64,000 nucleotides of DNA, from assembly GCF_009914755.1 (NCBI RefSeq), contig NC_060934.1. One strand, given 5' to 3'. The translations under genes and the position numbers were made by a program. The notes under the pieces are model-generated. The model made no database searches and had not been told where the DNA came from. It worked only from the letters and a program-made list of their open reading frames with translations. The number at the start of each line of letters is the position of its first letter. Position 1 is the stretch's first letter. Below, one piece after another: positions 58,616 to 64,000 of the stretch. The DNA is from the human T2T-CHM13v2.0 reference genome, Homo sapiens.

Positions 58616-61414
58616 CACACTCAGGCTGAGGCCTGCTCTACCATTTCCGCAGACCCCTCTGGACCCGTCGCGGTGCTAGTCTGCAGCTCTGTTCAGCACC
58701 TGCTGTGCTCGGCCAGGCTGAGGGCAGTGGGTGGGCGAATACTCCTGTTCCCTCCCCTAAAGCTCAAGCACCCCTTCCAGCAAGGTTCTGCTGTCCCTCT
58801 GTCACAATCAAGGGAAAACGAGGTACTGAGGGTCCCATGGCACGGCCCCGCAGCCAATCACCAGGACTAGGCCTGGGAGTCAGCCCCCAGCTGTCATGCC
58901 TGGAAACCCTGACCTCACTTACTGCCAGGCCCAGGGAGGGCTGTCACTTCCCTGGGAAGGGCCCTCCATGCTGGGGACATACTGAGAGTGCCGACTGATT
59001 CAAAAGACTGGAGGAGGGATCCAAGGCAGGAGGCCTCCTGAGGGCCTGAATGGCCACAGACTGTAGGCACAGGGATGGAGAGAGGATGCTGTGTGTGGGC
59101 AGGTCAGCGAGGAAGGTTGGTGGGACCCATGGGCCTAAGGGTGAGGAAGAGTCAAAGATGACTTGAGGCTTTCCAGGGGCACAAAATAGAGGATGGTGAG
59201 GCCATCAGGGATGGGGCAAGCTGTAGAGGGTGCCGTGAGGGGCTCTGGTGGCGGAGACTTGAGCTTTCTGAGTCTAATGAAAGAAAGAGAAATTGGAGAG
59301 AAGGGCCCCAAGGGGTACTGACCTGGGCCGGGCTCCAGCATCCAGTTCCTATAGGGGCTATGAAGGCCTGAGATTAGGGTCCGTCTCAATTTCAGGGGGA
59401 TTTCTCTGCTGTGGCCAAAGCAGCCTGAAGCTAGGCCAGGAGTTTTGTCTCCTCACTGCCTTTTCTGGAGTGCCTTGTAGGGATTAATGCAGGAGGGAAA
59501 CCCGGTTGATTTCAGGTGTGCAGGGGTCTTGGGGGAGAATTCTGGGTGAGGAGCCTACACCATTTGTCCCAGGTGCAGCTTCGCCCAACACGCACAGGCT
59601 CAGCAGGGCTGGTCAGGAACGATCTTGAACTGTCAGCACCCTCAATGAGCCTTTGTATGAACTGGAAACAGACGGTGACACTGAATCAGGGTACACCGGG
59701 GTCCAGGACTGGGGGTGGTCCCTGGAGGGATCACAGCCCCCCTCTCACAGGGCATGACCCCCATACCTGCGTGCTGTGCCCCTGAACCTTTGGGTCCCAT
59801 GGGGTTACCAAGCAAGCACTGGCTCCCAGCCTTGTGACTTCAACATGGCCAGGAGCACTGTGCAGGTGGCCTCAGAGAAAAGGGGCGGGAGGGCCCAGAC
59901 TTTTGCTGGGCACCCCACCTCCCAGGAGAGGGCACCTTTCTTTTTCTGTGGGAGGATCTGCAGCTGTGGGGCAGACCCCCAGCCCTCACTAGACTGCTCG
60001 GGTTTCCTGGAGGCTCCGGGCCAAGCTAGCCTGAGTGCGGAAGGTGGCAGGTGCCCCAGATGCAGTGTGCTCCATGCTCTCGGTGGCTGTGGCCTTCCTG
60101 CGTGTGTCCCCATCGGTGGAGTGGCATTGGCACGCTCCTCACCTGCTCGCCCACACCATTCCAGCCCTGATGATTAATTGTATAATTAGCTAGAAGCCAC
60201 ATGTTGCTCAGGTTGAATTTGGTCTAAAAATATTTTCTTATGAAAAACACAGCAGAACCTAAAAATATCTCCTCCACAGTTGCCCAGGGAAGCCTCCTGC
60301 TTGGGCCACCCCCAGCCATCCCTAGCTGCAACTCAGTTTCTTGGAGAGTCTGGAATGCAGAGGCAGAGGGCTGGCCAGGCACTGCTTCCCACCAGGGCAA
60401 GGTGAGCTGGGGTATCAAGACTGTCCCTGGCATTGCCAGTTCCCACAGGCTCCCAATGCCTACAGTAGGTCAGAGGCTGCTGGGGCTGCCTGGGAGGCTC
60501 CTGTGTGCATACAGGATGCATGCCAGCCTGACTTCACGGGGGCTGGGGCAGTGCCACAGAGGAGGCACAGACCTCGTGGGGTGAGGTCCTGGAAAGGGCT
60601 TCCTCACCCTGGTGAGCCATCAGGGAAGGCCTGCAAAGGACCAGTGCTGAGCTGGGTGGGACCCTGCACAGGCAGAACTCCCTGCTGACCTGTGCAGGGG
60701 AGTAAGGGATGCTGGAAGAAGACACTGGCCCTGCCCTAGAGCCCCTAAACTGAGCATTGCTGCGGCTGAGGCCCGTGCACCTGGTCCCATCCCTGCATAG
60801 GGCTTGGCTGACTGGCTACATGTCCTGTGGCTGGTGGGGACAGACATGAGCAGGGACATGGAGCACCTGTATCTTCCAGGCTTTAGCACACAGAAGCAAC
60901 CACCCTGCTCTGGCACACAGTTCTCCCTGGGTGGGTTAGTCACAGGGGTCAAGAACTTACCATCTTGCCCTTCTCCTCTTCCCTTTTGGTGTCCTTAAAT
61001 GGGGGCCACCATCTCCTGCTTCGGAGGCTCTGCCTTGGTCTCAGGAGAGGACCCCGTCCACCTGGCCTGTCTGTGCACCTTCTATCCCATCTCTGGGGTA
61101 GATGATGAACCCTTAGTGCCTCCACTCCCTCCTGGCCCAGTGGAGCCCTGGAGCACATTTCCGGGCCCTTCTCTCTGGTCCCAGGTGGGTGGCTCAGGCC
61201 CAGAGAGCTTGGCCCCTCTGGATGGACACAGAAAGGTGGGGGCACAGCCAGGATGGGCACTGCCTTCTCCTAAGCAAGCCCAGATGCATGGATGGAGCAA
61301 GTGGGGGCTCCCTGCAGCCCCATCCAGCCCTGAGTCTCAGGCCCAGGGTGGTGTGGCAGGGATTTGGACTGAGTGTGGCTTGCAGAGGGCACACCTGCCT
61401 GGGGACAAAATCTG

Positions 61415-61790
61415 TTAACCCCAGGTTTAAACAATAAAGGCACTAACAATCTAACCTCCAGAGAATGAGGAGGTGGGCGGCTCCAGGTGCCTGTTGCAGT
61501 TAAACCCCATGAAGCCTGGCTCCTGTCTCTACAGTCCCCTCACCTTCCTTCATGCTTCAAAGATGGCTGCTGCAGCCCCAAGCATCACACGTATCACAAA
61601 GGGAAGAGATGGCACCAGCAAAATATCTTCTTCCTCCTCCCTCGTTTTTCAGAAAGCCAAAGCCCTCTTGCCAATAGCTTCTCCTTGTCTTGACTGAACT
61701 GTGCCCACGGTGGTCACATGGCCACTACTAACTGCTAGAGTGTCCAGTGAAGCCAGTGCCTGACAAGGGAGAGCCCAGCTGCTATAACTG
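61415..61790 (-). mobile_element. Ancient MLT1 LTR remnant
   Basis: AAGATGGCTGCTGCAGCCCCAAGCATCAC and GGTCACATGGCCAC. Confidence 0.45.
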
Positions 61791-62309
61791 GACTGGAACA
61801 AACAGAATTGCAGCCTCTGAAGCTGAACACATTGCAACCCCAAACTAAAGCAGGTGCTGAAGGCAAGAAGAGGTTGGGAGAATGTTTTCCACAGGAGAAA
61901 ACTTCATCCTTGTGATCTGGGGAGGGGCAAAGTCTGCGGGGAGAGGCTCTGCCTTCCCCCCAACCAGGGGCCCACATTTCCATCTCTGATAAATAATTGG
62001 TAGGTGTTGTTCCCTGGAGCAGATCTGTAACTCACTGAGGGGACCTTCCAAGCTGGTTCTGTGTTAAATACACAAATCTTACCACAGCCTTTCTGACAAT
62101 CAGGCATCCAGGCCCTGCTAGATCCCTGTTGAAAGGAAACTCATCACATGTCAGGCAGCCCATTCCTTCTGGAGGCTTCTCTGACAGGAACCACATCCTT
62201 ATTTTGAGCTAAAATGGGCTTCCCTTGGCTTCTAGTCATTAACCCTAGTCCTACTTTCCCACATTTTTTTTCAGCAACTTTCTGTGAATCTATTATTTCA
62301 AAACACAAA

Positions 62310-63465
62310 ATTAAAAATAAGTTAAGGAGAGACACAAAAAGTCTAAGAAGTGCCTGAATTGTACTTCTAGAGATGAACATTACAATGTCTGAGATAAATA
62401 GTACACTCGATGGCATGAGCGGCAGATTAGACATTACAAAGTAGCTTAGTGGACTAGAGACACTGCCATAAAGACTACCCAAAATGAGCCACACAAAAAA
62501 TTAGGAATACAAATGAATGTAAAGGGCATCAGCAAACTAGGGAGAAATCCGCAAGTAGCCTAATATATGTTGGAATTGTAGTGACCAAAGAAGTGTGGGA
62601 ACAGAAAAAAAATATTTGAAGAAATAGTGGTTGAAGAGTGTCCAAACTGGATGAACACTTTAAACTCTAGTGCAAGCATAGCCAACCACAAGCGCAAGAA
62701 CAAGAAGCAAGGAGAAAACTAACCAAGGTGCAATCATGATCAAATTGCTTAAAACCAGTAACAAAGAAAACATCATCAAAGCAGCCGGGAAAACAAGGAC
62801 ACGTTTCATCAAGAGGACCAAAGAGCATGAAGATAAGAGATTTTTCACCAGAAACAATGCAGGCAAGAAGTCAGTGGAGAGACATCATTAAAGCACTGTC
62901 TGTACAAAACTGTCATTGGAGGATTGCATACCCAGCAAAAATGCCTTTCAAACATGAAGGTGAAGTTGAGGCTTCTTCAGACATACAGAAGCTGAAATCA
63001 TCAGCAGATCTTGTCTGCAAGAAATGTTAAAAGAAGTCCATCAGGCAAAGTGATACTGGATGAAGATCTGCACTTACAAACAGGAATGAAAATCACTACA
63101 GGTGAGAACTACACAGGTACATTTATTATTTAGGTCTCTTTAAAAGAAAATTGATTCTTTCAAAAAATAATATATAGTGGGGTCTGTGATAGGTAAAAGT
63201 GAAGCGTGACACCAATAGCATTGACAACAATAGAATAAGGGTGGGGAGAAGTATCTCACTATAAAAATCTCAGACTATGCTAAAGTCCTGTGATGCCAAG
63301 ATCGCTTGAAGGGATTGTGATCAGTTAAAGACTCACACTATAAAGCTTAAAGCAAACACTAAAATAACAAAGAGTTATAGCTAACGAGTCAAAAAAAAAG
63401 AGAGCTAAAATGTAATCACGAATACTTGATTAATGCAAAAGGAAGACAGAAAAAGAGGAAAAAGA
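62310..63465 (+). mobile_element. L1M ORF1 remnant
   Basis: Translation DFSPETMQARSQWRDIIKAL..IAYPAKMPFKHEGEV matches the L1 ORF1p C-terminal domain. Confidence 0.8.
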
Positions 63466-63485
63466 ACATGAAAACCAGAGGTGAG

Positions 63486-63688
63486 CAGCCACCAGAAGGC
63501 AGAAGAGGCAAGCAATGGATCCTGCCCCAGAGCACCCAGGGGGACTGTGGCCCTGCCAGCACCCCAATTTCAGCCCCATGATGCTGATTGCAGACTTCTG
63601 GCCCCCAGAACTATGGCAAGATAAATTTCTGTTGTTTTAAGACACCAAGTGTGTGATTTTTCTTACACTAGCCACAGAAATGAATGCA
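63486..63688 (+). mobile_element. MLT1 LTR 3' part
   Basis: CAGACTTCTGGCCCCCAGAACT..ATAAATTTCTGTTGTTTTAAG. Confidence 0.75.
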
Positions 63689-64000
63689 TTGTATCACCCT
63701 GGGAGGGGCAGGCCACCAAGTCTCATCATCCCCTCCAACTCTGTGTCATAAAGTCCAGACAGTGCTGCTGAGAAGTTAGGGCTCCTTTCTTCTGCCTCCT
63801 GAATCATGAGTGGAGGCTCTACTCCAGGTTCGGGGGGCTGAGAACATGGAGGCGCTGACTACTCTCACCCAGCTCACTCACAGGGTATAGGTTCCACACC
63901 AGTCAAGTCAAGTGAAAAAGATCAGAGGCTTCCACCCCCACCCAGTGACAAGAGGAGTGTTGTAGACATTTTTCTCAGGGGTAGAGGCTACTCAGGAGAA

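Overview
This is hominoid (human-like) nuclear genomic DNA, as shown by Alu J/S/Y elements, an SVA and an L1PA2-type 3' end. I find no credible host protein-coding gene, RNA gene or CRISPR array, and I cannot name the locus. Bases ~1-3 kb, 5-31 kb, 49-56 kb and 62-64 kb are mostly nested transposon remnants. Bases ~33-48 kb and 56.6-62 kb are GC-rich and largely unique. CpG-rich promoter-like regions lie at ~3.1-4.7 kb, 38.2-39.6 kb and 56.8-58.1 kb. The strongest observation is a complete L1 3'-transduction (13749-16488, minus strand) nested in an old L1PB: a 5'-truncated L1PA2, ~2.2 kb of captured foreign DNA, AATAAA, poly(A) and a target-site duplication (TSD). Its 5' truncation point coincides with the homologous position of the host L1, which suggests homology-guided truncation or micro twin-priming. 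Also notable are several templated-insertion repair scars and a dense homeodomain (TAATCC/TAATTA) enhancer candidate at ~45.8-45.95 kb. I do not see evidence for a wholly new biological system. Repeat subfamily names come from remembered consensus sequences, and boundaries of old repeats are approximate.
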